64,000 bases of DNA from NCBI GenBank assembly GCA_964016885.1, contig OZ024749.1:34906001-34970000 (forward strand), written 5' to 3'. The DNA is from Eledone cirrhosa. Its lineage: Eukaryota. Below the pieces are notes generated by a model, which searched no databases, was not told where the DNA came from, and was given only the letters and a program-made list of their open reading frames with translations. The translations under genes and the position numbers were made by a program. Below, in pieces: positions 25,683 through 36,773 of this stretch; position 1 is the stretch's first letter; each line of letters opens with the position of its first letter.

Positions 25683-28404
25683 CCCCATATCAATGATTAC
25701 AAGCAATTAAAATAATAGGGTTTGTAGGAATAAAAATGGTAAAAACAATAATAAAAATTACAAAATACACGACGTATATTGTGACATGTTTAGTTCTAGG
25801 AAAACGAAAACAAACGAAGACACACGACTTCCGGTACGGAAACCGTTCAAGTCATTGTTTACATCGCGTCTACCCAAGACGAAGGATCTCCTGGATAGGT
25901 AGATGGCGTTTACTATTATAGCTGATTGTGGCCGACTGTTGCCGGAAGTTGTATGTGTGATCTTAAGACGATGGGTTACCCCGCCCCAAAATAAAACAAA
26001 TAAAATGAACCCATAATGTTAAACTAGATAAGTGCCATGACCATCTCCACTAAATAAGGAAGACCTAGTACCACAGACCTTACTAATACTACTACCATCA
26101 GAAACAGCCTGTGGGTCCTGTAAATAGGACATGTGACCAGTGGGGGAGGGATATAAAGGTGAGAGAAAGGTGATAATAGGATATTCAATCTGAAAGGTAT
26201 CAGGTAAACCTCAATAGGGTGCAAAAAAACCCCAAAAATTTAAATTTTTACATTCCTGTTAAAATAATTATTTCTAATTTAGACACAAGGCAGCAATTTT
26301 GTGGGGAAGGGTAAGTCGGTTATATCTACCCCAGTATTTGACTGGTATTTTATTTTATCAACCTCTGGAGGATGAAAAGTAAAGTTAACCTCGAAGGGTT
26401 TGAACTCAAAAGTAAAGAACCAGAACAAACACTGCTAAGCAATTGCCTCTATCAAAACAATAAAAAACAAAGTATGGCTGTGTGGTTAATGTGGTTTCGA
26501 GTTCAATCCCACCGCGTGGCACCTTATACAAGTGTGCCGTCTACTATAACCTACAGTTGACTAATGCCAGTAAAGGGAATTTAGGAGGCGGAAACTGCAG
26601 AGACCCGTCATATATGTGTGTGTGAGATTGCGTCCGTGTCTCTGTTAATATCTCGTAACTTGGCGGTTCGCCAGAGAGATCGATAAAATAAGTGCCAGAC
26701 TTGAAAGCATAAAGAACTGGGATCGATATGAGCGATTAAAAATCTATTCGGTTGTGTACCAGCATGACCAGAGTCTAATGACTGAAACCAATAAAAGAAT
26801 AATACGGCAGTAATGAATTAGAAAAAAAAAGAGTGATGATAGAAATAGACGCGGAGTGGGGGAGACAGTGATAGAACAGCAATTGTCTATTGAGGGGTAA
26901 TAGATGTGGTGGGGTGGAGACAGTGAAAGGACTGTAGTTGATTGTCCAGTGACGAAAGACAGGACTGAAGACATTGACGATAGCAGTGGGGGAAAGACAA
27001 TTATAATGATGTTAGTGGTGATCATGTTAATGATGATAATGGTGTTGGTGATATTGATGATGATGTCAGTGATAATGATGGTGATGATAATGTTGATGTT
27101 AGAGGTGTTCATGTTAGTGATATGGATGGCGATGATGACAATGTTGGTGGTGATGGTGTTGATAATGATGATAATGATGATAATGGTTTTAATGATATTC
27201 ATAGCGTTGATGTTATTGATATTGATGGTGATGATCACAATGTTGGCGATGTTAATGTTATTGGTGGTGATGATATTGGTGACCATGACGGTGATGATAA
27301 TGATGGTGTTATTTGTGTAAATGATGATAATGGTGATGATAAACATGAGTAAAATGGCGGTTACTATTTAGTATTGAAAAGAGGAACATCAGAACTAGAA
27401 GGGGTTGGTTTACATAATACATGAACACTTACATAGATAGTGATAGTGTAAGATGATAGTACAGCTAGATTGTATATATAAGAAATAACAGTAAAAAACT
27501 AATACAAGTGTTTCTCTACATTTTTCTCTCAATTTCCTCATGTAAATGTTGTTAAACTGTTGTTGAGTGGAGATTGTGGCGGTAAAGACGACAGTTTAAT
27601 CACCGAAGGAAAACAAAATAGTAATAATTACTTACTCGTGGATACGTAGATTCACTCTTTTAATGTCATAAGCCAAGATTGAATAGGTAAGGTAAAAACT
27701 CCAGTAAAGTAATTAAAGTTTAAATTAAAAGAGAAGATAGAAATTTTTACTGACACTGGCGCCATGTGCAGCAGTCACTGAAAAGATTTTTGCGGTGGCT
27801 TTTTAGTGAAGAAATATAAACACTAAAACTAGAAAATTGAAATACTGTTTGCCTACAATAAAATATAAATTAGCTAATATTTTTATCGTGTTATAATTAT
27901 TGCCAAGGTTAATTAAATTTTAACAATATTCAATGTTTTGCTGCTCTTATTTATTTTCCACTTCCGGTATCAATATTGTCTTTTTTTTCCTCGTCTTTTC
28001 TGATAAAATTAAGCATTCTGACACAAGCATCGCTGTTTTTTGTTGTATTTTTTAATCATTGTTATACATTTAGAAAACTTTTAAATAACTCAATTATTTT
28101 GTAATCCGTTAACATTATTTATTTTCTAAATTTGTATTCATGTTATAGAAATGTGCAACAATAAAATTATCATTTCGACACATAATCACAATTTCACCAA
28201 TATAAATGCTATTTTACGGGGAAAGTTAAACATTGTATTGTTGTAAATACACAATATATTATAGAAATAAAACATTTATTTCCAAAAATTTCTTAACCCG
28301 GTTTGGACCAACCGGAAGCTATGGTCACATGGTAAGCTGTTGATCGCACCGTTTAGAATACTGCAGGTCTCAGAGTCAACTTCAGGGTTGAAGAAAAACG
28401 TAGA
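25683..28404. promoter_or_regulatory. Divergent promoter region for WTAP and SOD2, with candidate WTAP non-coding first exons
   Basis: Locally CpG-richer; ETS-like CCGGAAG motifs at 25827-25835(-), 25941-25949(+), 27960-27968(-) and 28311(+); YY1-like AAAATGGCGG at 27351; minus-strand donors gtgagt at 25682 and gtaagt at 27635. Confidence 0.55.
26995..27350. repeat. Degenerate (GAT/GGT/AAT)n trinucleotide tract
   Basis: Low-complexity triplets that generate spurious ORFs on both strands. Confidence 0.9.
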
Positions 28405-28448
28405 ATGTTGTTGAACAATTTGATGACAGTTCGCCAGGCTGTAGCAAG
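28405..28448 (+). CDS. SOD2: SOD2 exon 1, start of mitochondrial transit peptide (MLLNNLMTVRQAVAR)
   Basis: ATG at 28405; AG|gtaata donor; phase 2 matches exon 2; ETS motif ~90 nt upstream. Confidence 0.75.
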
Positions 28449-30469
28449 GTAATATTTATATCACCGGACAATAATTGACGTATATTAGACTAATTAGTTC
28501 AATGTCATCACTGTATTTCTATATGGATAATAGAACAGGCAAAAATTAACTTAGTAAGGTGTTTGTTCAACGACCTTAAGTAAGGTCGTTCTGCAAACAC
28601 CTTACCTCTTTTGTTTCGCTCTGTTTATTTTTGTTGTTTTGCACTATTTCTAACTGCAATATATTAACTTTCATCTTTGACCTTCTACAAATATGCTCTA
28701 ATGTCGTTAATTAATTAATTGGGTGTTTTTAAAGCAATATTGTAAAGTTATTGTTTAGTCCTAAATCAGCCGCAATTGAGGCATTTTCAGCTGTGACCAT
28801 CCTTTTTTAAAAACACTGTGCATATACAGCGGACTATATTCAATATGTCTTTTTTTAAGACTTTAGGGTATAATTTGAGGGACATACTGGCTGCTATTTC
28901 TACTAGATGGCACATTGTAAAGTTGTCTATGTTGGTGGCAACAGTATAAAATTCCACGACAAATTAACACTGCAACACCAATTGCCTCCCACTTGCAAAC
29001 ACTGATTTTTTACATTAAGTAGCTATCTCTATACATATTATTATTATATTGACTTCAAATCCCGCCGAGGTTGACTTTGCCTTTCATCCTTACGGAGTCG
29101 ATAAAATAATGTACCAGTAATGCACTGGGAAATTGCTGGCCTTGTGCCTAAAAAGTAGAAACAATTATTATTATATTGACTGGCATAATCGTCAGAGCGT
29201 TGGACAAAATGCTTCCTGGTATTCAAATATGGTCCTTTACGTTCAAATTCTGCTGACGTCAGCTTTGTTTTGCATTTTTCCAAGGGTCGATAAAATAAAC
29301 TACCGCGATGTATTTTGTTCGATATTCGAACTATTCTGCTAACCAGAGTTCCATGCAATACAGCCTTGCACTTTTAATATGTACAGCCACTACAAACCAT
29401 CTATGTTCACTGCTCCCCTCTGCTATAGGTCAACTCCACAGCTCTAGCTCATGTTTCATCAGTCTGGGAGAGATTGTATCAACATCAATAATAATAATTG
29501 TTTCTACTTTAGGCACAAAGCCAGCAATTACCCAGTTCATTACAAGGCCAACAATTTTCGGGGTGGGGGGAGGGTGAGAAAGTCGATTATATCGACCCCA
29601 GTGCGTTACTAGTGCTTCATTTTACAGACCCTGTAAGGATGAAAGGCAAAGCTTACTCAGAATGTAAAAAGATGTAACTATATCGCGCTAAGCATGTTGC
29701 TCGACGCTCTACCGATAATGCCAATCAATGGCTGAGTCTTTAGAACCCTGGACAAATGCTTAGTAGTATATTCATTCCAGCTCTTTTTGAGTTTAAATCC
29801 TGCCGAGGGTAACTTTGCCTTCCATCCCTCCGAGGTCGATAAGTACTAATCAAGTACCAGTGTCGATATAATTCTCCACAAACTGATGGCTTTGTATCAA
29901 GATTAGAAACCATTATTTATTCATTTAATCAATTTAAACGTCCGTTTAGAGCTTGTAAGCCATGGCAGGCAGGGAAAGGTCTCTTATACCTTAATTAAGA
30001 AACAAAAACAAGAGATAAGGAAAAGAAAAAAAGGTGGAAAGCAGAACAGCTAAGAGGCAGTTAAATGTTTCTGCTGAGTCTGTTCGTAGCCTCCCTGTAT
30101 TTGGAAGATCTGTATATGTTACACCTTCAATTTCAGAAGTTTTTTAAAGACCAGCTTCAAGATGTTCTCCCTCTCAGACTGGCAGTTTTATATCTAAAAA
30201 GTGTAAAAATAAATGTTACTTTTTTTTTTTCAAATACATCAGTTTATTACATCAATTTAAAGTAAAAGTACATATTGAGCAGTATCTAAGAAAAATAAAA
30301 CACACTATTAAAGGGAACAGAAAATAAAAAGGAAATAAGGATCAAGCAATGAAAGAGAGGGAGAGGGGGAAGATTAGTCACTATACCCCAGTCTGATCAG
30401 TGTCTCAGCCACACCAAGTGGACAAAACAGTAAAAGCATTACTGCAGAAAATGATCAGAGACACCCACT

Positions 30470-30660
30470 ACAACAGTCACCTCACAGGGTTCCCTTCTTA
30501 AGCAGTCCGATGTCTTTCTGACTTTACATAGGAAATCAGCAGTGTGGGGATCAAGGATGCCAGAGGTCTCGATGGAGACCAGTGTAAAGAGGAAGTGGTT
30601 GGGTAGGCTCTAGTATTTGACTATCTTCCTTTCCTCCACATTGGGGGCACTGAAGCCGAG
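30470..30660 (-). pseudogene. Second decayed CRE-type endonuclease fragment, in SOD2 intron 1
   Basis: KIVKY*SLPNHFLFTLVSIETSGILDPHTADFL resembles the KY..L...F.PVA.ET.G..GP...FL motif. Confidence 0.5.
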
Positions 30661-31359
30661 GTGAGAACGAGTTGCAAGTTATTAGGTAATATTTACGATA
30701 ACAGTGCCTTAGTGATTATGGTGTTGGACTCAGTCAAAATATTGTGAGTTTGATTCCTGGAACAGGAGGTGAGTTATGTTCTTGAGCAAGCCACTTCATT
30801 TCACAGTGCTTTTCATGATAGAATTGAGGATCCTATCATTAAATACACTTGAGAAACCTGTTATAGGTGCGAGCTGTAAATTTCATTTCATTTCAATCAC
30901 TGGTATAGATTAACATATAAAGTATAACAATAGTAATTTATCACAATGTTATCAATACTTCCACCCTGTATACTAAGTCACATTCCATGGTTGTTAAATT
31001 AAATAGCATTATCCTATTGAAGTCCGTCAGTTGGTGTAGTTGGACTCTGGTGGTCCATTTAGTCTTGTTTAGTTAGTAGATGTGGTATTTCATTTAACCA
31101 ATGATTGTAAACATCTGAATGACTTGAGAAACATTGGGAAAATTTAAAATATAATCATCTCAATAGTGATCAACTATTAATATTCATATATATATATATA
31201 AAGTAAGATGATAATTTATTGATTTTGTTTTTGCTATATGCTGTGTTGTTATGTCACTTATTTTTTCTTTTAAACAACATTTCTTCTGACTATAATGACA
31301 TAAATACATTGAGCTTGAAAATATTATTAAATTGCAATTTTGTTTATATATATATATAT

Positions 31360-31848
31360 TCCGACCTCACACACTTACACCTCTCCAAGACAATGTCACT
31401 GGACCGAGATCCTAGGCGCTACACAGTAATACAGAAGACCCACCTTACCTAAGTACAAAGTGAAACCTACTACAGTCAGTAGGCACCTCTAACAAAAATA
31501 CACCCCGTCCCACTACCCCCACCCCATCCACACCACCCCTTTCGATGTAAAGTTATGTTGGTACCACAACATCCAGTCCGAAACAAATGAGTTCGTGTAG
31601 GTGTCAGGACAAAAAAAACACACAGTCCACGCTGTAATGTGGCCGTGTAGGTAACACGGTAAAAACCTCCCAGTTCCACACTGTAAATGTGGTTGGTGTT
31701 AAGAAGGGCATCCAGCCGTAGAAAACCCGCCAGACAGTCCTATGCGAGCAAGACAACCACTCTTGCCTCAAGTGGGAAAACTCCCGTCCAAACCCATGCA
31801 AGCGTGGAATATGGACGTTAAACGATGATGAGATGATGATGATGATGA
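31360..31848 (+). mobile_element. 3' end of a second RTE subfamily; another copy at 57955-58242
   Basis: ccgacctcacacacttacacctctccaagacaatg resembles the ORF end at 39787; aagggcatccagccgtagaaa and (gat)n tail. Confidence 0.8.
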
Positions 31849-32051
31849 TATATATATATACATATATATATATATGTTAAGTATTTCTGTAGAAAAGGTA
31901 AAGGAAAGTAGAGTGCTCTTTCAAAATTTATATCCAAAACAATTGTTTTGTCTGATGAACAAGCTAGATGTTTCTTGCAAGAATCATCTAGTTTTTCTTG
32001 AAACCTTCGGTAATGAAATAATTATATTATTATATTGTGTTGTTTATTATG

Positions 32052-32131
<80 letters not shown>

Positions 32132-32200
32132 CATACATACATACATAGAGTGTGAGAGAGAGAGAGACATGCATATTTATAAGCTGGAATATCTTTACAG

Positions 32201-32427
32201 GTCATGCACCCTTGCAGAGAGATTGGTGAAACCCAGCATCACATGTGGACTGGTTTCCACCCAGATCCGCTGTAAACACACCTTACCTGATCTCCCCTAT
32301 GACTACAATGCCTTGGAGCCATACATCAGTGCTGAGATAATGAAACTCCACCACCAAAAACATCATGCTACATATATCAACAACCTGAACATTGCAGAAG
32401 AGAAGCTCGCTAATGCAGTTGCAAAAG
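32201..32427 (+). CDS. SOD2: SOD2 exon 2
   Basis: [39 protein letters not shown]; ctttacag acceptor and gtaaga donor. Confidence 0.97.
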
Positions 32428-33088
32428 GTAAGAAAATGGTGGTTCTTTCCCCCCACCCCCTCCTCCTCTGAAGTATTTCTTATTTACATTCCACAGTGTT
32501 GAACCAATTTAGTGAAAGCTGTTTCTATAACAACTGTACAGAGATCTTGTTATTTAACCCCAGGTCAGCCATGATTCAGAAATTCTACATTATAAAGGTA
32601 GTTGCTGTTTAGCCCTAGGTCAGTCAAGATCCAGCAATTCAATTCTATGGTACACAGGTAGTTGTTGTTTAGCCCTAGGTCAGTCCTGAGGTACACAAGT
32701 AGTTGACCAGATATCAAGGTGTGACTCTTTCCATCTTTCCTGTTGTACTGTGTCTCACTGTAGCTGATTGGTAGAAGTTAATTTAACCCAACCACCCAAC
32801 CCATGACATTTCTTCCACAATCTAACAACAATTCTGCTGCCAATGTAGAGTGTTTGATAAACTTTCTCTTGCTTGCTATCTGTCTGTCTTTTTCTCTTTC
32901 ACTTTATCACTCTTTCTCTTTATCTGCCTATATCTATTTCTCTCTGGCTGTCACTCTATCTTCTCTCTATTTGTCTCTCTCTCTGTTTGTCAATGTCTGT
33001 CTCTTCCTATCTGTATGTTGCACACTATCTCTTGATCACACACACTCTCTCTCTCATTAATTAAAATCTGTTTCTCTTTCAATTTTAG

Positions 33089-33385
33089 AGGATACAACAA
33101 CAATAATTAATCTTCAACCTGCCCTGAAGTTCAATGGTGGTGGTCATATAAATCACAGCATATTTTGGGAAATCCTCAGTCCCCATGGAGGGGGAGAGCC
33201 TGAGGGTGACTTGATGGCAGCCATTGTCAGAGATTTTGGTTCTTTTGAGAAAATGAAAAATGATTTGGTAGCTTCTTCTGTAGCAGTCCAAGGCTCTGGC
33301 TGGGGATGGTTAGGCTATGATGCAGCGACTAAACAGCTCAAAATAACAACTTGTGCTAACCAAGATCCACTCAAAGCAACTACAG
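33089..33385 (+). CDS. SOD2: SOD2 exon 3 (297 nt)
   Basis: [19 protein letters not shown]...[10 protein letters not shown]...NQDPL; ttttag acceptor and gtttgt donor. Confidence 0.97.
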
Positions 33386-33706
33386 GTTTGTAAATTTTTT
33401 ATTCTTTCAAATTTTGACATTTAACCCTTTAGCATTTACATTACTCTATATTTACTATTATAGTTTCACAGTAAACACTTTATCTCAGATAATATTGAAT
33501 CTATGAGATTTTGATGTTATTTATTTTGGGAACAATATGTTAAAATAAATATAACTATCAGATTAATTGTATTAAATTTTAAATTAAATTTAAAATATAA
33601 CTACCAAATTGAGTTTACATTACCTGTGGGGAAATTTAAATAGAGAGCAACAGATGCTTTAATCTGTACAACTAGGTTTACTCTGCTGTTTACAGAAATA
33701 TATAAT

Positions 33707-36530
33707 TTCGAGGGTTTCTCTTAGTAGCTTTTTTCATGACGTTATTATTGTTAATTTTACTGATGTAGTATTAACTTATTAACTTGGATATTTACCATGC
33801 GGTATTCTAATCCTATTGTATCTCTCTCAGTTATTTACCATGCGACCCTCAGTTCCTACCCCCCCCCCCCCTCTATGCACTTCTTTAAGGCTTACTACCC
33901 TGTCTTTAACCTAATTCATTCAATCTGAAAATATTGAAGAGATAAGACACTTTGCCATTCTTCTCTGCTAAAATGTACCACTAGAGCTGATTCAAATTTT
34001 CCCAGCCAGCCATCCACCTAATCTACGAAGGTATTTTAGCCTACATATTGTCGTTAATATTATGATGTTCCCTGCTGTATTAGCGTTAAATTTTCCCTGC
34101 TGTATTAGCGATAAATTTTCGAGGGTTTCTCTTAGTAGCTTTTTCATGTTAATATTATGATGTTCCCTGCTGTATTAGCGTTAAATTTTCCCTGCTGTAT
34201 TAGCGATAAATTTTCGAGGGTTTCTCTTAGTAGCTTTTTCATGTCGTTAATATTATGATGTTCCCTGCTGTATTAGCGTTAAATTTTCCCTGCTGTATTA
34301 GCGATAAATTTTCGAGGGTTTCTCTTAGTAGCTTTTTTCATGACGTTATTATTGTTAATTTTACTGATGTAGTATTAACTTATTAACTTGGATATTTACC
34401 ATGCGGTATTCTAATCCTATTGTATCTCTCTCAGTTATTTACCATGCGACCCTCAGTCCCCCCCCCCCCCCTCTATGCACTTCTTTAAGGCTTACTACCC
34501 TGTCTTTAACCTAATTCATTCAATCTGAAAATATTGAAGAGATAAGACACTTTGCCATTCTTCTCTGCTAAAATGTACCACTAGAGCTGATTCAAATTTT
34601 CCCAGCCAGCCATCCACCTAATCTACGAAGGTATTTTAGCCTACATATTGTCGTTAATATTATGATGTTCCCTGCTGCATTAGCGTTAAATTTTCCCTGC
34701 TGTATTAGCGATAAATTTTCGAGGGTTTCTCTTAGTAGCTTTTTCATGTCGTTAATATTATGATGTTCGCTGCTGTATTAGCGTTAAATTTTCCCTGCTG
34801 TATTAGCGATAAATTTTCGAGGGTTTCTCTTAGTAGCTTTTTCATGTCGTTAATATTATGATGTTCCCTGCTGTATTAGCGTTAAATTTTCCCTGCTGTA
34901 TTAGCGATAAATTTTCGAGGGTTTCTCTTAGTAGCTTTTTTCATGACGTTATTATTGTTAATTTTACTGATGTAGTATTAACTTATTAACTTGGATATTT
35001 ACCATGCGGTATTCTAATCCTATTGTATCTCTCTCAGTTATTTACCATGCGACCCTCAGTTCCTACCCCCCCCCCCCCCCCTCTATGCACTTCTTTAAGG
35101 CTTACTACCCTGTCTTTAACCTAATTCATTCAATCTGAAAATATTGAAGAGATAAGACACTTTGCCATTCTTCTCTGCTAAAATGTACCACTAGAGCTGA
35201 TTCAAATTTTCCCAGCCAGCCATCCACCTAATCTACGAAGGTATTTTAGCCTACATATTGTCGTTAATATTATGATGTTCCCTGCTGTATTAGCGATAAA
35301 TTTTCGAGGGTTTCTCTTAGTAGCTTTTTCATGTCGTTAATATTATGATGTTCCCTGCTGTATTAGCGTTAAATTTTCCCTGCTGTATTAGCGATAAATT
35401 TTCGAGGGTTTCTCTTAGTAGCTTTTTTCATGACGTTATTATTGTTAATTTTACTGATGTAGTATTAACTTATTAACTTGGATATTTACCATGCGGTATT
35501 CTAATCCTATTGTATCTCTCTCAGTTATTTACCATGCGACCCTCAGCTCCTACCCCCCCCCCCCCCCCTCTATGCACTTCTTTAAGGCTTACTACCCTGT
35601 CTTTAACCTAATTCATTCAATCTGAAAATATTGAAGAGATAAGACACTTTGCCATTCTTCTCTGCTAAAATGTACCACTAGAGCTGATTCAAATTTTCCC
35701 AGCCAGCCATCCACCTAATCTACGAAGGTATTTTAGCCTACATATTGTCGTTAATATTATGATGTTCCCTGCTGTATTAGCGTTAAATTTTCCCTGCTGT
35801 ATTAGCGATAAATTTTCGAGGGTTTCTCTTAGTAGCTTTTTCATGTCGTTAATATTATGATGTTCCCTGCTGTATTAGCGTTAAATTTTCCCTGCTGTAT
35901 TAGCGATAAATTTTCGAGGGTTTCTCTTAGTAGCTTTTTTCATGACGTTATTATTGTTAATTTTACTGATGTAGTATTAACTTATTAACTTGGATATTTA
36001 CCATGCGGTATTCTAATCCTATTGTATCTCTCTCAGTTATTTACCATGCGACCCTCAGTTCCTACCCCCCCCCCCCCCCCCCTCTATGCACTTCTTTAAG
36101 GCTTACTACCCTGTCTTTAACCTAATTCATTCAATCTGAAAATATTGAAGAGATAAGACACTTTGCCATTCTTCTCTGCTAAAATGTACCACTAGAGCTG
36201 ATTCAAATTTTCCCAGCCAGCCATCCACCTAATCTACGAAGGTATTTTAGCCTACATATTGTCGTTAATATTATGATGTTCCCTGCTGTATTAGCGTTAA
36301 ATTTTCCCTGCTGTATTAGCGATAAATTTTCGAGGGTTTCTCTTAGTAGCTTTTTCATGTCGTTAATATTATGATGTTCCCTGCTGTATTAGCGTTAAAT
36401 TTTCCCTGCTGTATTAGCGATAAATTTTCGAGGGTTTCTCTTAGTAGCTTTTTTCATGACGTTATTATTGTTAATTTTACTGATGTAGTATTAACTTGGA
36501 TATTTACCATGCGACCCTCAGTTCCTACCT
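33707..36530. repeat. Hierarchical tandem array: ~5.5 units of ~490-610 bp, each with 2-3 copies of a ~97 bp subrepeat and a poly-C tract
   Basis: Marker ctctatgcacttctttaagg at 33871, 34471, 35081, 35568 and 36082; copies are near-identical. Confidence 0.95.
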
Positions 36531-36773
36531 CACAATTTCCCTCCCCCCCCACCCCCACACACCACCATAGCCTATTCGACCAATCAAACCTAGCATGCCA
36601 TTTCCACTGCTGCTGCTGCTACTACCTGCCTAACTAACTCTCTCCTCCTCTGGCGCATCCCAACACACCCTGCCATTACCCCACCACCACTGTCCTTCTA
36701 GCCCTCAATTTTCCCACCGTTAGGGATGGATGAGCTGGGAATACACGAGCAACTCTGAATCAATAGATGAAAT

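Noticed and set aside
26744-27352. 200 aa Ile/Asn-rich, Met-rich and Asp-rich ORFs
   Set aside because: A degenerate trinucleotide tract read in several frames
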